Shown here piece by piece: positions 11,629 to 23,950 of a stretch of DNA of 64,000 nt. Source of the stretch: Macrostomum lignano. Lineage: Eukaryota. Location: the NCBI GenBank assembly GCA_002269645.1, contig NIVC01000142.1, positions 682,001-746,000 of the forward strand. Direction: 5' to 3'. Made by a program: the position numbers and the translations under genes. Below the pieces are notes generated by a model. It saw nothing but the letters and a program-made list of their open reading frames with translations. It was not told the origin of the DNA and did not search any database. How positions within the stretch are numbered: position 1 is the first letter of the stretch; every line of letters begins with the position of its first letter.

Positions 11629-14600
11629 GTGAGGCCGGATTGAATGATTTCATTATTTGTTGTCATCTTTCATCTCACCAAAGCAGGCTGCGTGCCCGGG
11701 CTCACTAGAGAAGTGTAGATCGAAGGATGAGAAGGGAATACAAGAATTCAATCTGTTAACAGAAACTTTTGAGCACAAGGATTCTGATTCAGAGCTTAGT
11801 TTTTATAGAAACAGAGTACCCGGTGTCCTTAATAATTACAGCTGTAGTGGTTGTTGTCGCGGTTCAGCAAGTTTTAGTCACTTCACATCTGTCTTAAAAA
11901 AGGTTTCCGAGGACGCCGTCAATTGAACAAAGTCAATGTCAAAGTCAAAGTCAATAACAAAGTCAACATTCGCTCCCAAAGTCCCTTACAACTGAGATAT
12001 ATCATTAGTGTCTGGTCCCTGTCAGAGGCGTCGCCATGGATTTTATGGTGGAGGGGACAAAGCCAGGAATTCTACATGTACATGTACATTATTCTCAGAA
12101 TCGGTGGTGTTTTCATAATTCTAGATTTTTTAAATCTGATATGGTACCTGACTGACTTTTTGCATGTTTCTAATTAATTGTGCTTGTTTTTTTCAATCAA
12201 GTCAAAATGATTATTTATACTAGTTGCTAGAGCTTTGCTATTGAAAATTCAGATCGCGCAGTGAATATAGAGTTCTCTGCTCTGTTCCTCGTGTCAAATC
12301 AGAAATCACCGATGTATCGCTTCCTGTTGAAAATAATTGATGTTATTGTACTTATACACACAATTGGTCTGATGCTGCTGCGTCCGCATTCACAATAAAT
12401 ATACTCAATTGTTTGTTTTGATTTCATATTGTTTAATTGAAAACCGATCGATTGATTTAATAATCTATAAATTATATAAATGTGTAACTTTTTAGCTTTT
12501 CAGAAAAGGGAACTAATCATCAGGCTCTATAAATGTACGAGCTATATCAACGGCATCTCATTTTTCATTTATACATATTATACAGTAAACACGAATTAAG
12601 CTATTTAACCTGTAATTGAGATGTGGACTAAAGTCAGCTCCGCCCATAAACAGTCAAATGAAGACGACTTCCAATATCATTTTAATTAACTATCGACATC
12701 ATTAGTAATACAAATCTACTCAAGCTCTGATACGTATACCAATAATACCATTATGATGGCATGCATATGTTGCAAACCGATGTACAGCTCAAGGTAGCCG
12801 ACCAGCTCATTAATTTATTTTAGCGAGTTAATTCCAAAATATATATATTGTCTAAATATATATAGACAAAATATATTTGTTTTCAATTTAAAAATACTTT
12901 ACCGGAGCTCAGATAGTATTGTATAGGGCCAAGGGGTCTCCAGATTTTGAATTTGTTAGAATTTGATTGTTGCACATGAATAAAATTTAAATATAAAGTA
13001 AATAAATTTGACTATAGATCCGAGTACGTTCTGCGCAAGTTTTTGCTTTTCACTGTGTTAATAGGGCTATTCATTCTTTCTTAGAACAATACCCGATGTG
13101 GTCACCAATGCTGTTACATGCACTTACACTATACAGCAATCGTTTATATTTATAATATCTTAACTTCTTAAGAGCTTTCGACGTTGGTTGATATATAAGT
13201 TATGTATAAGTTATAACTACACGATTACATTAGCCTTGAACTTGGCTATTTTTTGTACGCCGACTGTGTACACTTCATGTTGAACCTGAAAATTCCATAC
13301 GCCAAGTCGTGTACGTCAAGATTGTCAGCGAGAGCAAAAATACGCCGGAATTTTCCGGCGTAAAGGCCACCTTCCAGACTATGGGCTATTAGTGCTCTTA
13401 GTTTTTGTATTTCATTTTCTTCTACTCTACTAGTAACTAGTAGTGTCTTATATGTTTCTGGTAGCATTGTATTATGTTTTATAGGCCCCTAGGCATAGCT
13501 GTATGGCTATGGCTCCAGTGAAATTTTATAAGTTATTTTTTAGTAGGCCTAGGTTAATTTTTCTAGCAATGGTGGCCTAGTAAATTATTAATAAATTAAT
13601 AATATTAATAAATTATTTTGATCTGTTTTCTTTATTTTTAGAATAAATTAGGGCCTATGGCTGGATAAGATTAAGCATGTACTACTATTTACATTACTAT
13701 AGTACCTTCTAGGCCTACCAAGTTGCAGCTATTAGCCAACCTCTAATACTTAGAGTTAGACATCACCTACTGCAATCTAGTACTTATAATAGTATATAGA
13801 TACTATTACTAATTCAATTATATAATCAGTTTGCCAAAATTTAATCAAATACTAAATCGTAATTATAGGCCTACTGATTTGGGCTTCAATAGTAGGGACT
13901 CTAATATAGTGAATACAACCTATTTCAACAATATATTAATAGCCACTTCAGTAATTCTAATTGCCATTTCTTGTAATATGTGCTAGGGGTTAGTTTCTTT
14001 CCCTACAAATAATTCCACAATGTCACCAAAGTTGTCATAGGGCTTAATTTCTATTTTTATAAATTTTGGTAGCTGCCACCAAGACTATAGTATATTCTAT
14101 TAATAAATAATGAGTTTATTAATCTTAAAATAAGTTTGAAAAATGTTTTTATAATAAGTCTAAGTACATATCTGAGTATTTGTCAAAATATATATTTGAG
14201 AATTTGTCTGAGTATAAAGAATACTATTTAGCCCTTACAAGTATCATTCTCCTGTTATTCCGATAGCATTTACTATTTTTCTTTCTAGTAGTGTTCTATT
14301 AATAATTTGGCCTGAATGGTATATTTCTTTCTTAAGGAACCAGGATGCGCAAGGTTTGTATCTCCTCCTTCAAAAATGCTTCTGTTTATACTAAAATTTA
14401 CTGCTAGTTTAAACAAAAATAGTTTGCATAAAATATTATTAAAAATACGTATAGTATAACAAATGTGTTTTCCTAGATTTGACATGCATTCAAAATGAGT
14501 TATACAATTACCAATGTTATAAAATAATCAGGAGGGGCCCTGCACAAATAACAAAAAAATGACCATTGGTAATTGCCACTTCAATAACAAAGCAGATTCA

Positions 14601-15784
14601 TGACTGTCAAATTTGAAAGCAAAGAAAATTAGGCCTAGGCCTAAGCAAAGTACATTTTGAAAATTAAAATTTTATAAGTAATTGATGAAGAAGAAAGTAG
14701 ATTCTGTAACTCAGAGATTCTAATGTTTAAAATATTTGGTCAATTTATAAGACATCTTTTGTAGCTAGTATATGCATCTGGTACACTCAGTAATTTAAAA
14801 ATATTTGTTAAAATACTTAAACAAATTGTTTTCTGCATAAATAAAAATCTCTCAAAGTGTACAAGAATATATCTTAATTATTTTTTGTTTTTCCTTCAAG
14901 TTCATTTGCATATTCTTTTGGAGTATATTAATAAATATATACTATTATCAGTGTTATTCTCATTTGTTATCAAAATGGCTATTATGCAATATGCAACAAC
15001 TATTTTTTTTGTCTTTTAGGCTGTGTAATAGAACCAATATATGTATTTAAAAGATTTCAATTTTTCAATAAATTATGCAAGTGCACATGCACAACCTTGG
15101 GAATCACTTGGTTGTTTCTATTGGCAACACACACATGTAAATTGCTATTGGCTGAGAACAGTCATGTGACTACTATTCCATCCAATGCCTTACTATACTG
15201 AGATTAGCAAAATATTTATCTTGTATTGTGGCATAAAGAAGACACAAAAAAGCAAGTATAAAAATTACAAGGTAAAAGTACAATTAAACTAAAGTTTACA
15301 TTTTAATTATTAATAGCTGATCAAAATAAGATAGTGACAAAATCGTTTTGTCCAAAGTAAAGTTAAATAAGTCTTGAAACTTGTGTAAGTTACAAAATTG
15401 ATGACCAAAGAATAAAAAAGACAAGAATGGGCAGAAAGGAAAGAGGGGGAAGCAGTACAGGGAAGCTAGAAAGTGTTAAGCCAGTTTAAAAACTTAAATG
15501 GCATTTTTAGTCAAATATAACTAATTTGCATAGACAGTGTAATTTCAATGCTGTTTAATAGTTTCTTTCTACATTATTAGTTAGCTAGATAAAAAATTGT
15601 GAAATAAAAATCTCAATTGGTCAGAAAAACTCTTTTTAACCTTGATTTCTCACTTGGTGGTTGGCTTTGCCAGTTCCTGTTTTCTTTAATTTCATTCCAA
15701 TATGCAAATAGTTAGCATAAAGTCTGTGGTACTCTGTGTTTTCATTTTTTCAGTAAATTTTGTCATCTAGCAAAAAAGTTTTTA

Positions 15785-18700
15785 ATGGCTGTCAGAACCG
15801 ACTTTGAGGGCAGTAGCGATGTTGGCGTTTTCGCCACCCTGACTAACAAATACTGCCTGGTTGCTATTGGTGGCTCCGAGAATTTCTACTCAGTATTCGA
15901 AGGCGAACTCGAAGAGATTCCCGTGATTCACACCTCCATTGCCGGGATTCGCAGCATTGGCCGGATGACTGCCGCTAACAGCCATGGCCTCATTGTGCCA
16001 TCCAATACCACAGACCAGGAGCTGCAGCATCTGGTCAATTCTCTGCCAGATGGTGAGTCTGTGCAATAATGCCATTTGTCATTTTTAGCTGTGCAATAAT
16101 GCCATTTGTCATTTTTAGCTGTGCAACAATGCCATTTGTCATTTTTAGCTGTGCAACAATGCCGTTTATCATTGTTAGCTGTGCAACAATGCCGTTTATC
16201 ATTGTTAGCTGTGCAACAATGCCATTTATCATTGTTAGCTGTGCAACAATGTCATTTGTCATTTTTAGCTGTGCAATAATGCCATTTGTCATTTTTAGCT
16301 GTGCAACAATGCCATTTGTCATTTTTAGCTGTGCAACAATGCCATTTGTCATTTTTAGCTGTGCAACAATGCCGTTTATCATTGTTAGCTGTGCAACAAT
16401 GCCGTTTATCATTGTTAGCTGTGCAACAATGCCATTTATCATTGTTAGCTGTGCAACAATGTCATTTGTCATTGTTAGCTGTGCAACAAAGCCATTTGTC
16501 ATTTTTAGCTGTGCAACAATGCCATTTGTCATTTTTAGCTGTGCAACAATGCCGTTTATCATTGTTAGCTGTGCAACAATGCCATTTGTCATTTTTAGCT
16601 GTGCAACAATGCCATTTGTCATTTTTAGCTGTGCAACAATGCCATTTGTCATTTTTAGCTGTGCAACAATGCCATTTGTCATTTTTAGCTGTGCAACAAT
16701 GCCGTTTATCATTGTTAGCTGTGCAACAATGCCGTTTATCATTGTTAGCTGTGCAACAATGCCATTTATCATTGTTAGCTGTGCAACAATGTCATTTGTC
16801 ATTGTTAGCTGTGCAACAAAGCCATTTGTCATTTTTAGCTGTGCAACAATGCCATTTGTCATTTTTAGCTGTGCAACAATGCCATTTGTCATTTTTAGCT
16901 GTGCAACAATGCCGTTTATCATTGTTAGCTGTGCAACAATGCCATTTGTCATTTTTAGCTGTGCAACAATGCCATTTGTCATTTTTAGCTGTGCAACAAT
17001 GCCGTTTATCATTGTTAGCTGTGCAACAATGCCATTTGTCATTTTTAGCTAAGCAACAATGCCGTTTATCATTGTTAGCTGTGCAACAATGCCATTTGTC
17101 ATTTTTAGCTGTGCAACAATGCCATTTGTCATTTTTAGCTGTGCAACAATGCCATTTGTCATTTTTAGCTGTGCAACAATGCCATTTGTCATTTTTAGCT
17201 GTGCAACAATGCCATTTGTCATTTTTAGCTGTGCAACAATGCCATTTATCATTGTTAGCTGTGCAACAATGCCATTTGTCATTTTTAGCTGTGCAACAAT
17301 GCCATTTGTCATTTTTAGCTGTGCAACAATGCCATTTGTCATTTTTAGCTGTGCAACAATGCCGTTTATCATTGTTAGCTGTGCAACAATGCCATTTGTC
17401 ATTTTTAGCTGTGCAACAATGCCATTTGTCATTTTTAGCTGTGCAACAATGCCGTTTATCATTGTTAGCTGTGCAACAATGCCATTTGTCATTTTTAGCT
17501 AAGCAACAATGCCGTTTATCATTGTTAGCTGTGCAACAATGCCATTTGTCATTTTTAGCTGTGCAACAATGCCATTTGTCATTTTTAGCTGTGCAACAAT
17601 GCCATTTGTCATTTTTAGCTGTGCAACAATGCCATTTGTCATTTTTAGCTGTGCAACAATGCCATTTGTCATTTTTAGCTGTGCAACAATGCCATTTATC
17701 ATTGTTAGCTGTGCAACAATGCCATTTGTCATTTTTAGCTGTGCAACAATGCCATTTGTCATTTTTAGCTGTGCAACAATGCCGTTTATCATTGTTAGCT
17801 GTGCAACAATGCCGTTTATCATTGTTAGCTGTGCAACAATGCCATTTGTCATTTTTAGCTGTGCAAAAAAGCCATTTGTGATCATTGAAGAGTGAAATTA
17901 TGACGAATACAAAACTACCAGAGCCCCTGTCTGTCCTCATCTTCAGGCGTTGTTGTCCAACGCGTTGAGGAGCGCCTGTCGGCCTTGGGCAACATAATCG
18001 CATGCAATGACTATTGTGCACTGGTTCACCCGGACTTGGATAGAGAGACAGAAGAAGTGATTGCTGATACGCTCAAGGTAAGTTGATACTTTTAGTAGCT
18101 TATTTAAACAAAAAAATTGATAGGTTTTCAATATTTTTTGTAAAGCACCGGTACGTAGAACGATAAGTTGAGCTTTAAACTTATCGATTTGAACCATTGA
18201 CTGAACGCGCTACTTGCAGTAGAAGTATTGAGGTAACCCGATCAGAGTCACATCTCGGGCGATTCCACTTGCATCGCTTGATGAATCTGAGTCACATCTC
18301 GGGCGATTCCACTTGCATCGCTTGATGAATCTGAGTCACATCTCGGGCGATTCCACTTGCATCGCTTGATAAATCTGAGTCACATCTCGGGCGATTCAAC
18401 GGCGTTCTCCAGTCGCTAAAAAGTCGCAGAAGAAGCGCTCGACCGTCACTGTAGAATCGTTATTGCGTCACTTCTGAGACGCTCTGGATGTGTTACAGAG
18501 TGAGGGTTGCCGTTGAGCAATCAACACCAAGTCTAGCGTACTCAGTAGTAAGTTAAGCGCCAACATAACGACTCTTTAACGACATTTTCGTGACCCTTAC
18601 GATTCTACAACTCACGTGATGCCCTTGTGACTCAACAGGTAATGGAGACATAATTGACAAGCTATCAATTTCCCAATAAACCAGGTGGAGGTGTTTCGCC

Positions 18701-19019
18701 ACTCAATCGGCGAGCACCTGCTAGTTGGCAGCCGGTGCGCCCTCACCAATCGCGGCGGTCTGGTGGACCCGATGACCCGAAGGCCAGCTTAGACGAGTTG
18801 GCCTCCCTGCTGCAGGTGCCGCTAGCCGCTGGCACAATTAACAAAGGCTCGCCAGTGATTAGTGCTGGTTTAGTTGTGAACGACTGGATCGGATTCTGCG
18901 GAGTGGACACCACGGCCACTGAGTTGGGCCTTGTTGAAAGCGTCTTTCAGCTGGGCGACAAGCTGCCCTCGTCTGTGGCTGCTAATATGCGCGACGCATT
19001 GATCGACACCATGGCCTAG
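15785..19019 (+). CDS. EIF6: Eukaryotic translation initiation factor 6 (exons 15785-16052, 17947-18077, 18685-19019) with an apparent 1-nt deletion near 18776-18791
   Basis: MAVR.. start, [62 protein letters not shown] and MRDALID. Splice phases are consistent. As written, exon 3 hits TAG at 18790-18792 unless shifted by one base. Confidence 0.9.
16059..17875. repeat. 30-bp intronic minisatellite (GTGCAACAATGCCATTTGTCATTTTTAGCT), about 60 units, with a 450-bp higher-order duplication
   Basis: Fills eIF6 intron 1. The rare AAGCAACAAT variant recurs at 17051 and 17501. Confidence 0.96.
18244..18395. repeat. 44-bp tandem repeat inside a dispersed element related to about 7240-7620
   Basis: GAGTCACATCTCGGGCGATTCCACTTGCATCGCTTGATGAATCT occurs about 3.5 times. 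TCGCTTGATGAAT.TGAGTC and TTACGATTCT.CAACTC motifs also occur near 7430 and 7530. Confidence 0.7.
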
Positions 19020-19118
19020 GAGGCTCTGATAATGTACGACTGATTTTCTTAAGTACAGCTTACTGATGACAAGTCTTCATTTGACAGGTTGTTGTTATTA
19101 ACTGGCGAAAATTCCACT

Positions 19119-19835
19119 GATTAATAGTGACACAGGTGAAATATTGGCTGATTAATAGTGACACAGGTGAAATATTGGCTGATTAATAGTGACAGGTGAA
19201 ATATTGGCTGATTAATAGTGACACAGGTGAAATATTGGCTGATTAATAGTGACACAGGTGAAATATTGGCTGATTAATAGTGACAGGTGAAATATTGGCT
19301 GATTAATAGTGACACAGGTGAAATATTGGCTGATTAATAGTGACAGGTGAAATATTGGCTGATTAATAGTGACACAGGAGAAATATTGGCTGATTAATAG
19401 TGACACAGGTGAAATATTGGCTGATTAATAGTGACACAGGTAAAGTATTGGCTGATTAATAGTGACACAGGTGAAATATTGGCTGATTAATAGTGACACA
19501 GGTGAAATATTGGCTGATTAATAGTGACACAGGTAAAGTATTGGCTGATTAATAGTGACACAGGTGAAATATTGGCTGATTAATAGTGACACAGGTGAAA
19601 TATTGGCTGATTAATAGTGACACAGGTGAAATATTGGCTGATTAATAGTGACACAGGTGAAATATTGGCTGATTAATAGTGACACAGGTGAAATATTGGC
19701 TGATTAATAGTGACACAATTAATAGTGACATAGGTGAAATATTGGCTGATTGATAGTGACACAGGTGAAGTATTGGCTGATTGATAGTGGCACAGGTGAA
19801 GTATTGGCTGATTAATAGTGGCACAGGTAAAGTAT
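19119..19835. repeat. 29/31-bp minisatellite (ATTGGCTGATTAATAGTGACACAGGTGAAAT)
   Basis: Tandem units start about 100 bp after the eIF6 stop. Confidence 0.94.
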
Positions 19836-20299
19836 TAACAAATGAGACCCCCAGTGCCTAATAAAATCAGTTCCTGTCAATGTAGTGATATTTTGTCACT
19901 GATTAATTTTGACTGTTGAAAGTACATCTGAGTAATAATGGCGCTGTAATTAAAGTAAGTCGATCCATTGCCCTCGGATAAACTCCATTGCCGCTTCCCT
20001 CATTGTTGCATTCACTCAACTTCAGTTAGGACAAAAAATGTATTTTTTTAAGAGCAGCCACGCGCATATGCTGTGCAACCGTATCATCAGTGTCCGGTTA
20101 TATTGTATGTGGCCCAAGCTTTAATAATACACATTATCCTATCTTTGAGCCAGCTGTCAAGAGTCAACGCTGAAAATTAATTCTACCGCTTGATGAAGAA
20201 CTTCACCGTTTTGAATTTTGTGTTTCGGTGTTTTTCAATATTTTTACGAGTGTACACGTTCGATGTTTGAATATTCGTATTTTCTCGGTGAAAAAACCA

Positions 20300-21060
20300 C
20301 CCCTTCACTGCCACCCCCTCCCACCTGTCTTCACTGCCATCACCATCATCCCCATCTGTCTTCACTGCCACCCCATCCCATCTGTCTTCACTGCCATCCC
20401 AGCATCCCCACCTGTCTTCACTGCCACTCCATCCCCACCTGTCTTCACTGCCACTCCATCCCCACCTGTCTTCACTGCCACCCCATCCCCACCTGTCTTC
20501 ACTGCTACTCCATCCCCATCTGTCTTCACTGCCATCCCAGCATCCCCACCTGTCTTCACTGCCACTCCATCCCCACCTGTCTTCACTGCTACTCCATCCC
20601 CATCTGTCTTCACTGCCACTCCATCCCCACCTGTCTTCACTGCCACCCCATCCCACCTGTCTTCACTGCCACTCCATCCCCACCTGTCTTCACTGCCACT
20701 CCATCCCCACCTGTCTTCACTGCCACTCCATCCCCACCTGTCTTCACTGCCACTCCATCCCCACCTGTCTTCACTGCCACTCCATCCCCACCTGTCTTCA
20801 CTGCCACTCCATCCCCACCTGTCTTCACTGCCACTCCATCCCCACCTGTCTTCACTGCCACTCCATCCCCACCTGTCTTCACTGCCACTCCATCCCCACC
20901 TGTCTTCACTGCCACTCCATCCCCACCTGTCTTCACTGCCACCCCATCCTCACCTGTCTTCACTGCCACTCCATCCCCACCTGTCTTCACTGCCACCCCA
21001 TCCCCACCTGTCTTCACTGCCACCCCAGCATCCCCACCTGTCTTCACTGCCACCCCACCT
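20300..21060. repeat. 27-bp minisatellite (CCACCTGTCTTCACTGCCACTCCATCC)
   Basis: Tandem units with small indel variants. Confidence 0.94.
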
Positions 21061-21684
21061 TACTGGGTCTCTCAGGGAAGTCTTCATCGGGACTGGTTGG
21101 CCGTAGTGCAGTGCTGTTGCACTACTCAAAATGCAGCTACAATGTCTATTCTGAGCATGCTAAGCTGCAAGCAGGAAGAGTGCGCCGCGCCTATTTGTCA
21201 AAACAAGCCCTCGACTGTCAGCTGGATCTCAGTCAGGCAGCAGAGCCGTTGCAACTGGCTTGGAGCACCATCATTAAGAGCTACAGGTCTATTTTCGAAC
21301 TATAATATCGGCTCTATTTCCTCCTCTTCTCGAGTTTGCTCACGTGCTTGCCTGATTGCCAGGGTCTGACTGATACTCCTAAGTCTCTCTGGCTTTACCC
21401 TGGGACGAGGCGGAGCGCATGTGTGTAATTAACCTGTTGCAGAAATTGCTAGTTTCTTGCCCGAGCGGATGACGTCTATGGCCGGGAAATTCTTAGCCCG
21501 GAGCTTCGCGCTTGCTTTTACTAAATCACTGCGGAGGAGGCAATGTGTAGTTGAGAGTGCCTGCTAATGCATGCGATTGCTGTTTGATTGTTTACTTTAC
21601 TGTGTAAGACCGTGCCAGATGTCTTTCTGCTCTCGTAATTTTTAATTTCTTTTATATTTACAATTTTTCTCTGTCTCATTCGCC

Positions 21685-22395
21685 CCCTTTCCCTCTCCTC
21701 TCTCCCTTTCCGTCTACCTCTCCCCTCTCCCTCTCTCCCTCTCTCCCTTTCCGTCTACCTCTCCCTCTCTCCCTTTCCGTCTCTCCCTCTCCCTCTCTCC
21801 CTTTCCGTCTACCTCTCCCCTCTCCCTCTCTCCCTTTCCGTCTACCTCTCCCTCTCTCCCTTTCCGTCTCCCCCTCTCCCTCTCTCCTTTTCCGTCTACC
21901 TCTCCCCTCTCCCTCTCTCCCTTTCCGTCTACCTCTCCCCTCTCCCTCTCTCCCTTTCCGTCTACCTCTCCCCTCTCCCTCTCTCCCTTTCCGTCTACCT
22001 CTCCCCTCTCCCTCTCTCCCTTTCCGTCTACCTCTCCCCTCTCCCTCTCTCCCTTTCCGTCTACCTCTCCCTCTCTCCCTTTCCGTCTCCCCCTCTCCCT
22101 CTCTCCCTTTCCGTCTACCTCTCCCACTCTCCCTCTCTCCCTCTCTCCCTTTCCGTCTCTCCCTCTCCTCTCTCCCTCTCCCCCTCTCCCTTTCCGTCTC
22201 TCCCTCTCCTCTCTCCCTCTCCCCCTCTCCCTTTCCGTCTCTCCAACTCCCCCTCTCCCTTTCCGTCTCTCCCTCTCCTCTCTCCCTTTCCGTCTCTCCC
22301 TCTCCTCTCTCCCTCTCCCCCTCTCCCTTTCCGTCTCTCCCTTTCCGTCTCTCCCTCTCCTCCTCTCCTTTTCTGTCTCTCCCTCCCCCCCTGCT
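21685..22395. repeat. Polypyrimidine-rich degenerate repeat (CTCTCCCTTTCCGTCTAC-type units)
   Basis: Strongly C/T-biased + strand. Confidence 0.9.
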
Positions 22396-23229
22396 CCCGT
22401 TCATCTTCCCCCGACCTCTACTAAGTATTTAATATCCCCAAGCAACATCTATCATTGATTAAAAATCACTTTGAATGTAAAACTTGCATCTCCCGGTACA
22501 GGTTTCCGCTGCGGCCACCCTCCGCCGCCGCAGCCGCTAGACTCATGGCGGGATCCCATGAGAATCCCTATGCGCGCGCGGACTTCGGACGCAAATCCCT
22601 GCCCGATCCGATCTTCAGAATCCCGCCGACACTCTTTGCCAACCTGAGCCAAACGCGGCCTGTGCTTCATGTCCCCCCTTCCTTGATGCAGAGGGTGATG
22701 ATACGGTTTGGAAGCGCATTCGAGCTCCTGAGTCCTGTCTCTCCTTCCCCGCAGCTCTGCAGTCCCGGGAGAGAAGCGCTGGCGTCAGACAGAGAGAGGG
22801 GGGCAGAAGAAGAAAGAGAGTTCTCATGTAATCCCTGCGGCAAAAATGCGGGGACACGGGCCGCAGGACGGAACGGGGGGCACTCTCGTCCATTGCCTTT
22901 TATTTTTCTTTTTTTGTTCCACTTCAGCTGCAGTGGCGAGTAAAAGCGAATGAAGGGAGGCAACTGCCGTTTGAGTTTTTGAAAAATCGGCTTGCCTGAG
23001 CGAGTTCTTTAACTAGCGGCCTCTCTGCTTCACACGATGCTTTCCTGTGCTTTCTTTATATGCGTTTTCGCCTCACCTAGCTTCGAATTGCTGCGTTTTG
23101 ACACTGTTAACGTAGCTGACCTTCTAAATTATTAACATGTGCACCTGTGTAACTATTCATCTGCGGCATCTGTTGTGTTTATATTCTATCTGTCTGACTT
23201 TTCGGCGGCTGCCTTGGTGCCTGTTCTAG

Positions 23230-23308
<79 letters not shown>

Positions 23309-23325
23309 GTGTCTGTCTGTCTGTG

Positions 23326-23360
<35 letters not shown>

Positions 23361-23454
23361 GTGTCTGTGTGTCTGTCTGTCTGTCTGTCCTGTCTGTCTG
23401 TCTGTGTGTCTGTCTGTCTGTCTGTCTGTGTGTCTGTGTGTCTGTCTGTCTGTG

Positions 23455-23493
<39 letters not shown>

Positions 23494-23518
23494 GTGTCTG
23501 TCTGTCTGTCTGTCTGTG

Positions 23519-23558
<40 letters not shown>

Positions 23559-23675
23559 CTGTCTGTCTGTCTGTGTGTCTGTCTATCTGTCTGTGTGTCT
23601 GTCTGTCTGTCTGTCTGTCTGTGTGTCTGTCTGTCTGTCTGTCTGTGTGTCTGTCTGTCTGTCTGTCTGTCTGTG

Positions 23676-23726
<51 letters not shown>

Positions 23727-23768
23727 GTGTCTGTCTGTCTGTCTGTCTGTCCTGTCTGTCTGTCTGTG

Positions 23769-23820
<52 letters not shown>

Positions 23821-23833
23821 CTGTCTGTCTGTG

Positions 23834-23884
<51 letters not shown>

Positions 23885-23950
23885 TTGTCTTTCTGTCTGT
23901 CTGTCTGTCCTGTCTGTCTGTCTGTGTGTCTGTCTGTCTGTCCGTCTGTC
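23230..23950. repeat. (GTCT)n microsatellite
   Basis: Direct reading; the VCLS/TDRQ ORFs are artefacts. Confidence 0.97.

Noticed and set aside
13860-13915. GLLIWASIVGTL similarity to the mitochondrial COX1 N-terminus (NUMT)
   Set aside because: The match is short and followed by stops in any mitochondrial code, with no further COX1 motifs.
15741-15784. TTTTTTCAG acceptor 31 nt before the eIF6 ATG as a trans-splice (SL) site
   Set aside because: A plausible cis donor (AAG|GTAAAA near 15272) and CCAAT-type promoter motifs near 15120-15190 lie upstream, so an ordinary 5' UTR intron explains it; undecidable without SL-seq.
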